This document shows, in pieces, positions 15,501 to 27,587 of a stretch of 64,000 bases of DNA. The stretch is from Macrostomum lignano (Eukaryota), in NCBI GenBank assembly GCA_002269645.1, contig NIVC01002211.1, positions 1 to 64,000 of the forward strand. The letters are read 5' to 3'. The position numbers were made by a program, and so were the translations under genes. Each line of letters opens with the position of its first letter. Position 1 is the first letter of the stretch. The notes under the pieces are model-generated. The model was not told the origin of the DNA. It did not search any database and saw only the letters and a program-made list of their open reading frames with translations.

Positions 15501-16400
15501 CACAGACACAATCCACCATTGTCAAACTCTCCAACCACAGACACAATCCACCATTGTCAAACTCTCCAACCACAGACACAATCCACCATTGTCAAACTCC
15601 TCAACCACAGACACAATCTACCATTGTCAAACTCTCCAACCATAGACACAATCTACCATTGTCAAACTCCCCAACCACAGACCCAATCCACCATTGTCAA
15701 ACTCCTTAACCACAGACACAATCTACCATTGTCAAACTCTCCAACCATAGACACAATCCACCATTGTCAAACTCTCCAACCACAGACACAATCTACCATT
15801 GTCAAACTCTCCAACCATAGACACAATCCACCATTGTCAAACTCCCAACCATAGACACAATCCACCATTGTCAAACTCCTCAACCACAGAAACAATCCAC
15901 CATTGTCAAACTCTCCAACCATAGACACAATCTACCATTGTCAAACTCCTCAACCACAGACACAATCTACCATTGTCAAACTCCTCAACCACAGACACAA
16001 TCTACCATTGTCAAACTCTCCAACCATAGACACAATCTACCATTGTCAAACTCCCAACCATAGACACAATCTACCATTGTCAAACTCTCCAACCATAGAC
16101 ACAATCTACCATTGTCAAACTCCTCAACCACAGACACAATCTACCATTGTCAAACTCTCCAACCATAGACACAATCTACCATTGTCAAACTCCCCAACTA
16201 CAGGCACAATCTACTATTGTCAAACTCTCCAACCATAGACACAATCTACCATTGTCAAACTCTCCAACCACAGACACAATCTACCATTGTCAAACTCTCC
16301 AACCATAGACACAATCTACCATTGTCAAACTCCCCAACTACAGGCACAATCTACCATTAGCAAACTCCACAACCATAGATACAATTTATCATTAGGGTAT
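9512..16400. repeat. 35-bp satellite array 2 (~6.9 kb) with higher-order repeats
   Basis: Same monomer as array 1, plus 44-bp variants. Identical ORFs recur at 10263/11874/14875 and 11291 vs 12902 align, giving a 1611-bp period; 13441/15291 and 14053/15903 give an 1850-bp period. Confidence 0.97.
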
Positions 16401-16758
16401 CATTAGGGATAGTTGTACAACGGTAACTTCTAGTGGTCCTTGGTACCAGTATGAGTACAGTTAAAAACTTCCCACGAATTAATTTCCTCTTTTTTACAAA
16501 AATGCAAAGGTAAATATTGGTGACTGGACGAAAAACAGTAGAAATGGTTGTCAGTTGTTATACGATCGTAGTTTATGACCCCGACCAAGTCAACATGACA
16601 CTGTAGGCGCAGATAAAAGCTGTTCAGTCGCTAAAAGAAGTTATAATGAGCCATCTTGGTGCGTATAAGACACCAGAATTTTGTCTTCTTGATAATTGCA
16701 TGTACTATCAAGCGCCTACATGAACCAGCTATTAATCTCCAGCCTCACGCGCGTGAGG

Positions 16759-16915
16759 GCCAATCCCTAAGGTACACAGAAAGTGTACATGCCTGTCGAT
16801 TAGAAAGTCAGGGACGCTGTACACCCTGTGTGAGCGTGTACACTGCGTACATATCGGTGTGCGTACACAGGTGTCCCCGGAATGAGCAGTATTGTATGCC
16901 TCAAGCGCTGGCAGT
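16759..16915 (+). mobile_element. Dispersed short repeat (SINE/non-autonomous-like), copy A
   Basis: GCCAA.CCC.AAGG.ACA..AGTGTACATGCCT..GAT..AAAGT.AGGG.CGCTGTACAC is shared with copies at ~21625, ~41888, ~53720 and ~58045. Confidence 0.7.
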
Positions 16916-17367
16916 TTCGACTTGTCAAGTCCCTTCAGATGATGTGATGATGCGTGTATTTTTCTATTATTGCTCTTTAAAGTACTTAAAGTGAATACAC
17001 GAGAGCCGAAGCCTCAGAATTATTAACAAAGCCGGAATCCATTTCGCTTTTCCGCTTTTAACGCCCCCGCAAAAATGCAAAACTGCACGCCGTGCAATGC
17101 ATGAAGCCAAAATGACTCAGTCAGCCAGCAATTCTACAGGCGCAAGAGAGCAGGAGAAGACAGAGACAAACAGGGGCTTAGTCTGGGTTGAGTCGGCTGA
17201 GACGGCTTCTGTTCTACAGAAAAGCAGAACGCATGAAACTAAGAAGGAAGAAAGGTGTTAAGCGTGAATTTAGAAAACACCGTTCGTTCTTTGTTCAAAA
17301 TTTGGAGTCCCATGAAGTCTAACAGCAGGTTGCTGGCACTGCGGGGAAAGTGAGTTAGTATATCTGC

Positions 17368-18580
17368 TTGGGCATTGATAGTTCAGGCATTGAGGGTTCA
17401 GGCATCAAGGGTTCAGGCATCGAGCTGGGTTCAGGCACCAAGGGTTCAGGCATCGAGGGTTCAGGCATCGAGGGCTCAGGCATCGAGGGTTCAGGCATCG
17501 ATCTGGGTTCAGGCATCGATCTGGGTTCAGGCATCGAGGGTTCAGGCATCGAGGGTTCAGGCATCGAGGGTTCAGGCATCGAGGGTTCAGGCATCGAGCT
17601 GGGTTCAGGCATCGAGGGTTCAGGCATCGAGGGTTCAGGCATCGAGGGTTCAGGCATCGAGGGTTCAGGCATCGAGGGTTCAGGCATCGAGGGTTCAGGC
17701 ATCGAGGGTTCAGGCATCGAGGGTTCAGGCATCGAGGGTTCAGGCATCGAGGGTTCAGGCATCGAGGGTTCAGGCATCGAGCTGGGTTCAGGCATCGAGG
17801 GTTCAGGCATCGATCTGGGTTCAGGCATCGAGGGTTCAGGCCTCGAGGGTTCAGGCATCGATCTGGGTTCAGGCATCGATCTGGGTTCAGGCATCGAGGG
17901 TTCAGTCATCGAGGGTTCAGGCATCGAGGGTTCAGGCATCGAGGGTTCAGGCATCGAGGGTTCAGGCATCGAGGGTTCAGGCATCGAGGGTTCAGGCATC
18001 GAGGGTTCAGGCATCGAGGGTTCAGGCATCGAGGGTTCAGGCATCGAGGGTTCAGGCATCGAGGGTTCAGGCATCGAGGGTTCAGGCATCGAGGGTTCAG
18101 GCATCGAGGGTTCAGGCATCGAGGGTTCAGGCATCGAGGGTTCAGGCATCGAGGGTTCAGGCATCGAGGGTTCAGGCATCGAGGGTTCAGGCATCGAGGG
18201 TTCAGGCATCGAGGGTTCAGGCATCGAGGGTTCAGGCATCGAGCTGGGTTCAGGCATCGAGGGTTCAGGCATCGAGGGTTCAGGCATCGAGCTGGGTTCA
18301 GGCATCGAGGGTTCAGGCATCGATCTGGGTTCAGGCATCGAGGGTTCAGGCATCGAGGGTTCAGGCATCGAGGGTTCAGGCATCGAGGGTTCAGGCATCG
18401 AGGGTTCAGGCATCGAGCTGGGTTCAGGCATCGAGGGTTCAGGCATCGAGGGTTCAGGCATCGAGGGTTCAGGCATCGAGGGTTCAGGCATCGATCTGGG
18501 TTCAGGCATCGATCTGGGTTCAGGCATCGAGGGTTCAGGCATCGAGGGTTCAGGCATCGAGGGTTCAGGCATCGATTCAG
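17368..18580. repeat. 15-bp minisatellite (GGCATCGAGGGTTCA) with 18-bp variants
   Basis: Highly homogeneous tandem array; three long repeat-derived ORFs overlap it on both strands. Confidence 0.97.
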
Positions 18581-19423
18581 GGATTCTGACGCACTGACAC
18601 TAGATTTGCCAATAACACCTTTATTTTCTAATCCTGACGGTAGCTTTGTACTCTTCTGAACTTAAATTAAGGCTCTTGTATATTCAGACAACTTCGCACG
18701 GGAATCACACTGTATTCTGTTGTAGGTATTTCATGTGTTGATTTTAAATTATTCACTTCAGGCAGGCAGGTGCTGGGAAGGGTTTGCGTGATACTGACTG
18801 ACAGGCCTCTTTCGCCTCTGGCTTAAGAGTAAACGGGATGTAAAAGAATTGAAAACTGCTGGAAACAAAAACTTAGCACACATACTCCAAATATTTCAAG
18901 ACACTAACTAAATCGCATGGATAAAAAAAAACATTTATAAAGCATCATATAGTATTCAGCTGAAGCCTTCTCAAAAGCACTCCCGCTTATATGCTGTGCT
19001 GCATTGTCCGTATAATCCTTGCTTGAATTGTCGTCACCAACTAAAAGAAGAGGGTTTGCTAACCTGTCAATCAGAGAGAGAGAGAGACACGGCGATGAAG
19101 AACTGCAGTCTCCCGCACTATTCAGTCGCACTATAGCGTGATCAAGCGCTCCAGTGCTTCATTTGTAAGGATGCAGGATGGCTTAGGAGAAAAAGAATGG
19201 TTGGCAGGGGAGTCACGCCGTGCATGGGACGAATTGCCTCTGACTGACAGCCTGATTCCTGAATCTCGGGGCAATTGAAAGCCAATGGGCTGAGCGACTG
19301 CGTGTCTCAGTGTTTGCTTTGGGGAGCTGTTTGAGTTTCGGCGTGCGAATGGGCAATGAGAGATTCGCATTTCAGTACAGTGCATGATCCCGGGTGGGAA
19401 CTGGAGTTAAGTGAGGATTACTA

Positions 19424-19961
19424 AGGATCCCTAGCTTCACACCCGTGTGGGATATTTGGGATCCTTGGCTTCACACCCGTGTGGGATATTTGGGATCCTT
19501 GGCTTCACACCTGTGTGGGATATCTGGGATCCCTAGCTTCACACCTGTGTGGGATATCTGGGATCCCTAGCTTCACACCTGTGTGGGATATCTGGGATCC
19601 TTAGCTTCACACCTGTGTGGGATATTTGGGATCCTTAGCTTCACACTTGTGTGGGATATTTGGGATCCTTAGCTTCACACCTGTGTGGGATATTTGGGAT
19701 CCCTAGCTTCACACCTGTGTGGGATATTTGGGAACACTAGCTTCACACCTTCACAGCTTCACACCGCCACACGTATCTACACATCTGTGAGGAATATTTG
19801 GAATCCTTGGCTTCACACCTGTGTGGGATATTTGGGATCCCTAGCTTCACACCTGTGTGGGATATTTGGGATCCCTATCTACATACTCACTTGTGTGGGA
19901 TATTTGGGATCCCTAGCTTCACACCTGTGAGGGATATTTGGGATCCTTGGCTTCACACCTG
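19424..19961 (+). repeat. 34-bp minisatellite (GGATCCCTAGCTTCACACCTGTGTGGGATATTTG), left arm
   Basis: Tandem units visible; an inverted copy lies at 21200-21533. Confidence 0.93.
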
Positions 19962-20039
19962 AGACGCTGTGCTCATTAAAGACAACTTGTCGCTTTTTTA
20001 TTGTTATTGTTGTTAATTTTGTTGTTTTCTTTCTTTTGT

Positions 20040-20690
<651 letters not shown>

Positions 20691-21016
20691 TGATCCATGA
20701 CTTGATCAGGGTTTGGTTCAGGGCTTGATGTTTCCTATTTTGCAGAAGTACAAGGCGCAGCTAAAAAATTTGTCGGACTATGCAGAAAAAATCTTTGTAA
20801 TTTCTTGATTTCCGTTTAGCAGCTGCGCAGATTCTCGCGGTGTGTTAGGAGCGCCATTTCCTGCGCAAACTTTATCGGGCATTTCGTTAGTTTATTATGG
20901 CTAGCTGGTTGCGAATGTCAGCGAACCTGGGGGATGAGGGGCGACGGCGGCGGGATCGGCGAAATGTCGAAAAAGTTCCTGAGATTGTGTGCTGCTGCGC
21001 TAACTGCGGTTTGCTT

Positions 21017-21175
21017 GGGGTTTTCTGCCATTGCATTCAGCCTGATCGTTTTTCTCACCAGTAAATCTTGGGGTTTTCTGCCATTGCATTCAGCCTGATC
21101 GTTTTTCTCACCAGTAAATCTTGGGGTTTTCTGCCATTGCATTCAGCCTGATCGTTTTTCTCACCAGTAAATCTT
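21017..21175. repeat. 53-bp tandem repeat, 3 copies
   Basis: GGGGTTTTCTGCCATTGCATTCAGCCTGATCG... recurs at 21017, 21070 and 21123. Confidence 0.92.
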
Positions 21176-21199
21176 CGCTCCTTCTTTTTTTGAATTTGA

Positions 21200-21533
21200 A
21201 AGATCCCACACAGATGTGAAGCTAGGGATCCCAAATATCCCACACAGGTGAGTAGCTAGGGATCCCAAATACCCTACACAAGGTGTGAAGCTAGGGATCC
21301 CAAATATCCCACACAGGTGTGAAGCTAGGGATCCCAAATATCCCACACAGGTGTGAAGCTAGGGATCCCAAATATCCCACACAGGTGTGAAGCTAGGGAT
21401 CCCAAATATCCCACACAGGTGTGAAGCTAGGGATCCCAAATACCCTACACAAGGTGTGAAGCTAGGGATCCCAAATATCCCACACAGGTGTGAAGCTAGG
21501 GATCCCAAATATCCCACACAGGTGAGTAGCTAG
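21200..21533 (-). repeat. 34-bp minisatellite, inverted right arm
   Basis: GCTAGGGATCCCAAATATCCCACACAGGTGTGAA is the reverse complement of the 19424-19961 unit. Confidence 0.93.
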
Positions 21534-21624
21534 GCAGGAATCTAGGAATCTGGGCATCTATTACAAGCACAACTGTAAATGAGGGTGTAGAGTGGGTTCT
21601 CGTGCGATTCACAGCCCATGACAG

Positions 21625-21735
21625 CCAGCCCCCAAGGCACAGAGAGTGCACATGCCTGACGATTAGAAAGTCAGGGCCGCGGTACACCCTGTGTGAGCGT
21701 GTGCATGAGCGCGTCATCAGTGCATGACTGTGCCC
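21625..21735 (+). mobile_element. Dispersed short repeat, copy B
   Basis: CCCCCAAGGCACAGAGAGTGCACATGCCTGACGATTAGAAAGTCAGGGCCGCGGTACACCCTGTGTGAGCGTGT aligns with copy A. Confidence 0.7.
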
Positions 21736-23544
21736 CCAGCCTTTCTATATATTAGTAAGTGGGATGACAACCTTGATACAAAGCAGATTTTATTTTATTG
21801 TTCATACACTCAAACTCAGCCCTAGCTCATTCGGCCATCAAGGTATTTACCAAAGCATTACTCACTTGTGCGTGAGTTCGCATTTTTTTTGAGCTCCTGA
21901 ACGAAACCTCCGACAACGGATTTGGTTATTACGCAACAGTCAGTGTGAAACAATAGCATTTTTAGCAGCCCACAATTAGCCAATTCTATACATATTATTT
22001 CTACGACAGCTTTCAGCCACTTGAGCTCCTCAATTGCTAGCCCAGGTAGGGGGCGGCACAATGGGGCAACCCCGCCTACCCTGCCCTCTGCGAGGGCCAT
22101 TCAGGTCTTTCTCTATAATCCTCATCGTCACAACCGGTGGAATGCGAGTCTGTATAAGCGGTGGATTCTTCAGCAGCTGCTGGATTAAACCAAATATTCT
22201 TTTCCATTACTGAGCATACACAGTTTAGCTCAATATAAGCTTTCTTGAGTACACAATGAACTCTTTAATGAGTCAAACCGTTTTACTCAACGACTTGGAT
22301 GGATCGTTAACCATTAGTCACCTTAGCGTGGCAGGAGAGGTAACCCTGTGCCGTAATTTAGTTGCCAGAAGAAGGGTCGAGGTTCGATTCCCGGTGAGGC
22401 GAAATAATTAATCAGGCTTTTGCTTGCATAACTGCAACCAACCCAGCGCCAGGGGGAGGCTGGGACGCAGGAGATGGGGAAGAGATACACATATAGAAAG
22501 AAGAAGGCGGAAAAATGAAAGAATTCCCCCCACCCCAAATCATTAATGCCAATGTTAGAATCTGGCGCAAACGAAAACAAAGGTTTTCAGGGCCTTGCCG
22601 ACTGACTCACCTTGTTTTAATAACAGTATAACAATTCAAATGCGGCCTCATATTTGGAACGTGCTGCTTTCAGACTCAGCTGGTTGGGTATGCATAGGAT
22701 TCGCGCACGTACGCGCTCACAATGTCAGACTCAACGGGTTCTTCTCTGAGTTGGCAATCACGCCTGGAGGTCAGGCGAAGGCGGCACTTCCTGTTGTGCA
22801 TCCTGGGAAGGAGGGTCACTTCAGGGTAATCCAGGCAGCATCCCATAGCCTACAATGCATTAGTCTTGCGCATTGGCGCAAATCTTCAAGTTTTTAAACG
22901 GAAGCTGGTCCGTATAGCGGGGAGTTGGAAGTAATGGGAAATTAATTAAATATTCTCCTTCTTCGCCGGGGGCTCTGTGGCTGCGGAGCCTCCGGGTTTT
23001 GGGCGGCGGGAGGCGGTTGCGTAATCAGGTCTGCTGCGCACAGTCCAGCGACTTCAATTGACCCGATGGAGGTAGTAATGGCCCCAGGTATACGCCTGAT
23101 AGCAGTCCAATCCTTATCTCCAGGATGTTCCTAGAAAATTAAAGCGATGCGCGAGCCCCCACCCACATCCCCATGGCCGTGTTTTTTGGCTCTCCGTTCC
23201 GCCTCCAACTGAAGATGCTGCTGAGAGGATGGGAGACAAAAATTAGTGTATAGTAGGGAAAGCATTAAGACTGAGGTCAGAGTTGAAACCCGACTTGACT
23301 GACTGCATGGCCTGCAGCAAGCAGGTTTACAGCGGATTCTCTCGCTTATCGCGATGGCAAATTATCCAGGTTTACACCGGGGCTGGAGGCTGGCGAGGCC
23401 GTGTGACCTCGGCGGACAGCGCCTGGAATGCCCGCTTCTTAATTGCTCTTCAGTCTCTCGCACTAAATTCTCTGTTCAACCTTGTTGTTGTCTTCAGAAG
23501 AGTCTGCTGGACATTTCGTATCAGGTCTCGAGTGGGATTCGGTT

Positions 23545-24010
23545 GGGACTAGATCGGGACTTTGGTAGGGATTCAATAGGGACTAGATCGGGACTTTGAT
23601 GGTAGGGATTCAATTGGGACTAGATCGGGACTTTGGTAGGGATTCAATTGGGACTAGATCGGGACTTTGATGGTAGGGATTTCATTGGGACTAGATCGGG
23701 ACTTTGATGGTAGGGATTTCATTGGGACTAGATCGGGACTTTGATGGTAGGGATTTCATTGGGACTAGATCGGGACTTTGATGGTAGGGATTCAATTGGG
23801 ACTAGATCGGGACTTTGGTAGGAATTCAATTGGGACTAGATCGGGACTTTGATGGTAGGGATTTCATTGGGACTAGATCGGGACTTTGATGGTAGGGATT
23901 CAATTGGGACTAGATCGGGACTTTGGTAGGGATTCAATTGGGACTAGATCGGGACTTTGATGGTAGGGATTCGATTGGGACTAGATCGGGACTTTGATAG
24001 GGACTAGATA
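23545..24010. repeat. 34/37-bp minisatellite (GGGACTAGATCGGGACTTTGATGGTAGGGATTCAATT)
   Basis: Tandem units visible. Confidence 0.93.
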
Positions 24011-25839
24011 GAGACCCACCATCTGTTCGGTAGAGCCTCAGCGCAAGGGCGAAGGTCTGGCATTTCGCAATAAAAACACCCTAAATCTGAACTTTCCATT
24101 GGAGATTGTCATGGTAAAAGGTCGATTTTTAGGCCTTATCTAGCATTTCTGTGTCGCTCTGTAAGGCTGCGCGCAATAAAATGTAAAATCCCCGGCAATC
24201 CTCATTGACGTAAGGGATCGCTTGGAACTAAGAGTTGTTATCTTTTTCTCCAAGTGGAAATTGGCGAACTATACAACATATATAGCTCGTATATGCGATA
24301 GATAGACAGAGATTGACTTCTGTGCTACAGCCTCCGAATCTGCATCAGTCAGTAGTCACGCAGCGAGCCACCGCACGCAGGACTCGGTCTCTCGGTGGTG
24401 TATACATAAACCAACCGGATTCGCATATAAGCGCGGCAGGCAGTCAATTCGGTATTTAGTACCGTTGGCCGAGTGCGCCAGGGCGAGGCCGATCGTGCTT
24501 TGCTCGACTGTCAAGCAAAGTTTCCCAGTCTTACTGGGTACTAAACGCCGGGTCTCTGCCCTTTACAATGGCATATCAAAGATTCTGAGAGGATTGATTG
24601 GGAAGCACCGGGACTGTACTGCGTCTGCAACTGGCCCTGGCCAAGGGGGGGGAATAAATATTTATGCTTTCCAGCTCCATCAACCTCGCAGCCACTGAGC
24701 GGAACTGCCGTCCAGATGCCTTGCAAAGCTGTGTTAGATCTTCATCTTTCTATTCACTCTTGTCTGTTCCCAAATTTTCAGCTGCTATAGTTCGATAAAG
24801 CATTTTACTGTATTTGCTGCTTGCTGCATCATAGGAGGACCACATGGTATTCGTGTTTTTAACTTTAGAAATCTTTGGTTTGTTTTTATTTTTTATTGTA
24901 TGAAATTCGACATACTACTGTTATTAACTGTGCGACCATTCCGACCCACATACGCTCGTATGAATTTTTAAACATATGCACGTATTGTGAATTTTTCATA
25001 CAAGTGTTATTGCTGATTTTATTAATTTTTACTCGTCAGAAATCCCACATTGCTACATAGGTTTACCTACTATAATTTCAATCAACTATTTTTCCCTAGC
25101 TATTTCAAGAGGGAGATTTCAGTAATGAAATTTCTGAGACTGATTTGTTTATTTGACAACAATTACAATGAATAAACTATGTGAATAAAATTATTCAACA
25201 GTGTTCAACAATCGCATCTGATATATGCTACTAGTAGTCAGTAGAAAGTAAAGAAAATCTGCGATTTAGGTGAACTGGATGCTGGATAATAAAAAATTGG
25301 TCGGACCGACATCAGTCAAAATGGCATGGCCAGCCATAATTGCACAGCAATAAACTTACTTTAATAGTATATTAATAAATTAAACTTAAACTTAAACTTA
25401 AGCGTTTAAACATAATTAAAATACGAGTATATGATAGCTACGATGATGTTGTGTTTGTTACAATTATAACATCTGAAAAAGTCAACACAGCGGCTATACC
25501 TCTCTAGACTCTATACAATATGTGGAATGCGATATACAACTCAAATAAAATTAAGAGCACAAACCAAAATTATTTAGTCGTCCAAAATACGTAATGATAG
25601 TAGGAGCATATTTTTCGGAAAAAATCGATTATTTATCGCCGAGAATAAAAAATACTCATACAACTTTATTAAATTATTTAGTGATTGTGAACCACATGTG
25701 ATTATAAGCAACCTGTAGTAACGGTAGTTTGATTAATTGGTTTTGATTTTAAGACAAAAAAGAAGACACTAATGCAACCGTTGCTAGCGGAATTTAACAT
25801 TAGAGTTTAAAAACAACAGCCAATACCGCTCTTTAGCAC

Positions 25840-25911
25840 GGGGGTATAGCTCAGTGGTAGAGCATTCGACTGCAGATCGAGAGGTCCTTGGTTCAAATCC
25901 GAGTACCCCCT
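25840..25911 (+). tRNA. tRNA-Cys(GCA): tRNA-Cys (anticodon GCA), intronless
   Basis: 72 nt. Acceptor stem GGGGGTA/TACCCCC, D-arm GCTC..GAGC, anticodon stem TCGA/TCGA around CTGCAGA, T-arm CTTGG-TTCAAAT-CCGAG. A TTTTT Pol III terminator follows at 25917-25921. Confidence 0.97.
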
Positions 25912-27587
25912 CGGACTTTTTGCAAGAAATTCAAACTAAATAAATAGGCGAATGCAATTAAACCTGTAAGTTGAAAAAATTCAAATAAAAAAAACGTCGA
26001 TCTCTTGGGTTTCGAACCTTCCTACACGCAATCACAAGGCATTAATACCCAGCTAATCTTTTCATTCAAATATTCAAGCAATTGCCTATATGTATCGAAA
26101 AATATGTTTGAGAATTGCTATTGTCCTAAAGCAAATACAAGCAGAAAAATCTAAATAAACGTTGTAAATCGCATAAGCTTAACGTGTGTTTATTTTAAGA
26201 TCGTCAAGTAAAGGATGCGCGTGTGTCATTCGTTATTTTGTTGTTATCTGTTAAATTCATATTGACTCAAAATTTGGATCTTACGAAACAGTCGTTTTAT
26301 CTCAAACTACTGATAGTAAGCAGTGCACTTAATGCCAGCATTTTATGTATTAAACTTAAAAAAATTATACGAGTACTAAACAATAATAGCAAAATACGCA
26401 GTTTTCGTTTCTAATATATATTTGACTATTTCGCTGAAACAAATAAGTAACGCAAATTTAGTCAAATATTTGCGCGTCTAGTAAAGGCAAAGCTTACATG
26501 TGGTCTCTTATGTAAGCTACAGTATGTACAACATTCACTACTTCCATATATATCTACAAATTACTTGATTCTGTTGCTAAGGTTGCAGCTGTTACACCAC
26601 AAGCGGCTCTATAAATATACTTTCACTAGAAAAATAAAAAAACACTCAATGGGTGCATAGGCAGAGCACGGATCTTCTCAAAGCCTGGGGCTGGAGCTAA
26701 CAGCGCAGACTAAAAGTCTAAAATCCATGGTTTAACGCACGAGTGCAAACAATCGAGAGTAATTGTTTTGCACTGCATGCACTCACTGCACGTCGTCTCT
26801 CTCTCTCTCTCTCTCTCTCTCTTGGTAATAAATCTACGAAAGTATTATATAGAAAAGTTGTAAATCAGACATTCAATTATTGAATTATAAAATCAATAAT
26901 ATACTGGTTAATGTATTAGCTGGGTTTTGTTGTAATGTGCTGCGGTAACTACCATGGAAAGTAAAGTCTCAAGAGTTAATATAGGGGCTTAATCCACAGT
27001 TCTCTGCCCCGTATATGCATCCCAAAATTGCCACTTGTATACACTAATTCAAGCCATGCACTTAACTTAACATTATAATGCAATCTACTCCTAGAGCTAC
27101 AGAAACTGCAAAAGCAGAGAGCGATGAAGCCAGCAGACCTTGGAACACTGCTGCAATGCTAAAAGGGAATGAATTCCCCTCTCTCCACCGCTTTAGATGG
27201 GAGAAAAGCTCTATTGCCGACGCATAAAAAGGGACAGGCCAATTTCGTCCGCTATGTGGATGTGGGAGGTGGCCCGTCGTTGCCCCACCCCAGAGCTGTG
27301 CTAGTCCTAGCCCTAACCTCCGCTCCAAACACGACCCAATCCCGGACCTTGATCCTCATTCCGTGTACCTCGCGTTCAGCACCTATAAGCCCTGGACAGC
27401 AGTGCATTAAATAGCAACTGCATGCACAGGCCTTCCATTCTTCCCTTCCCCTCATTTCCCGGATTTCTCCCTCAACTACCTCTATATAGCTTGACCCCCC
27501 CATCGCGACGGAAGCTAACGGAAGCAGTCTAGCTAATAAAAGACTGAAGAAATCATACGCGATAATTGGGACTAGGCCATCAGCTAT

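Noticed and set aside
1-16400. 35-bp repeats as a CRISPR array, or their ORFs (MSNSPTTDTIYHCQT..) as proteins
   Set aside because: Monomers are contiguous with no unique spacers, no cas genes, and a eukaryotic context. The ORFs arise from stop-poor repeat units in rotating frames.
17355-18597. 405-409-aa (MPEPS)n/(GIEGS)n/(VQASR)n ORFs
   Set aside because: Three overlapping ORFs on both strands because the 15-bp unit has no stop. There is no unique flanking coding sequence or third-position variation.
21645-21690. CTGACGA..GAAA as a hammerhead ribozyme core
   Set aside because: No stem II/III or UH cleavage triplet, and the motif is not conserved in the other copies (CTAACGA..TAAA).
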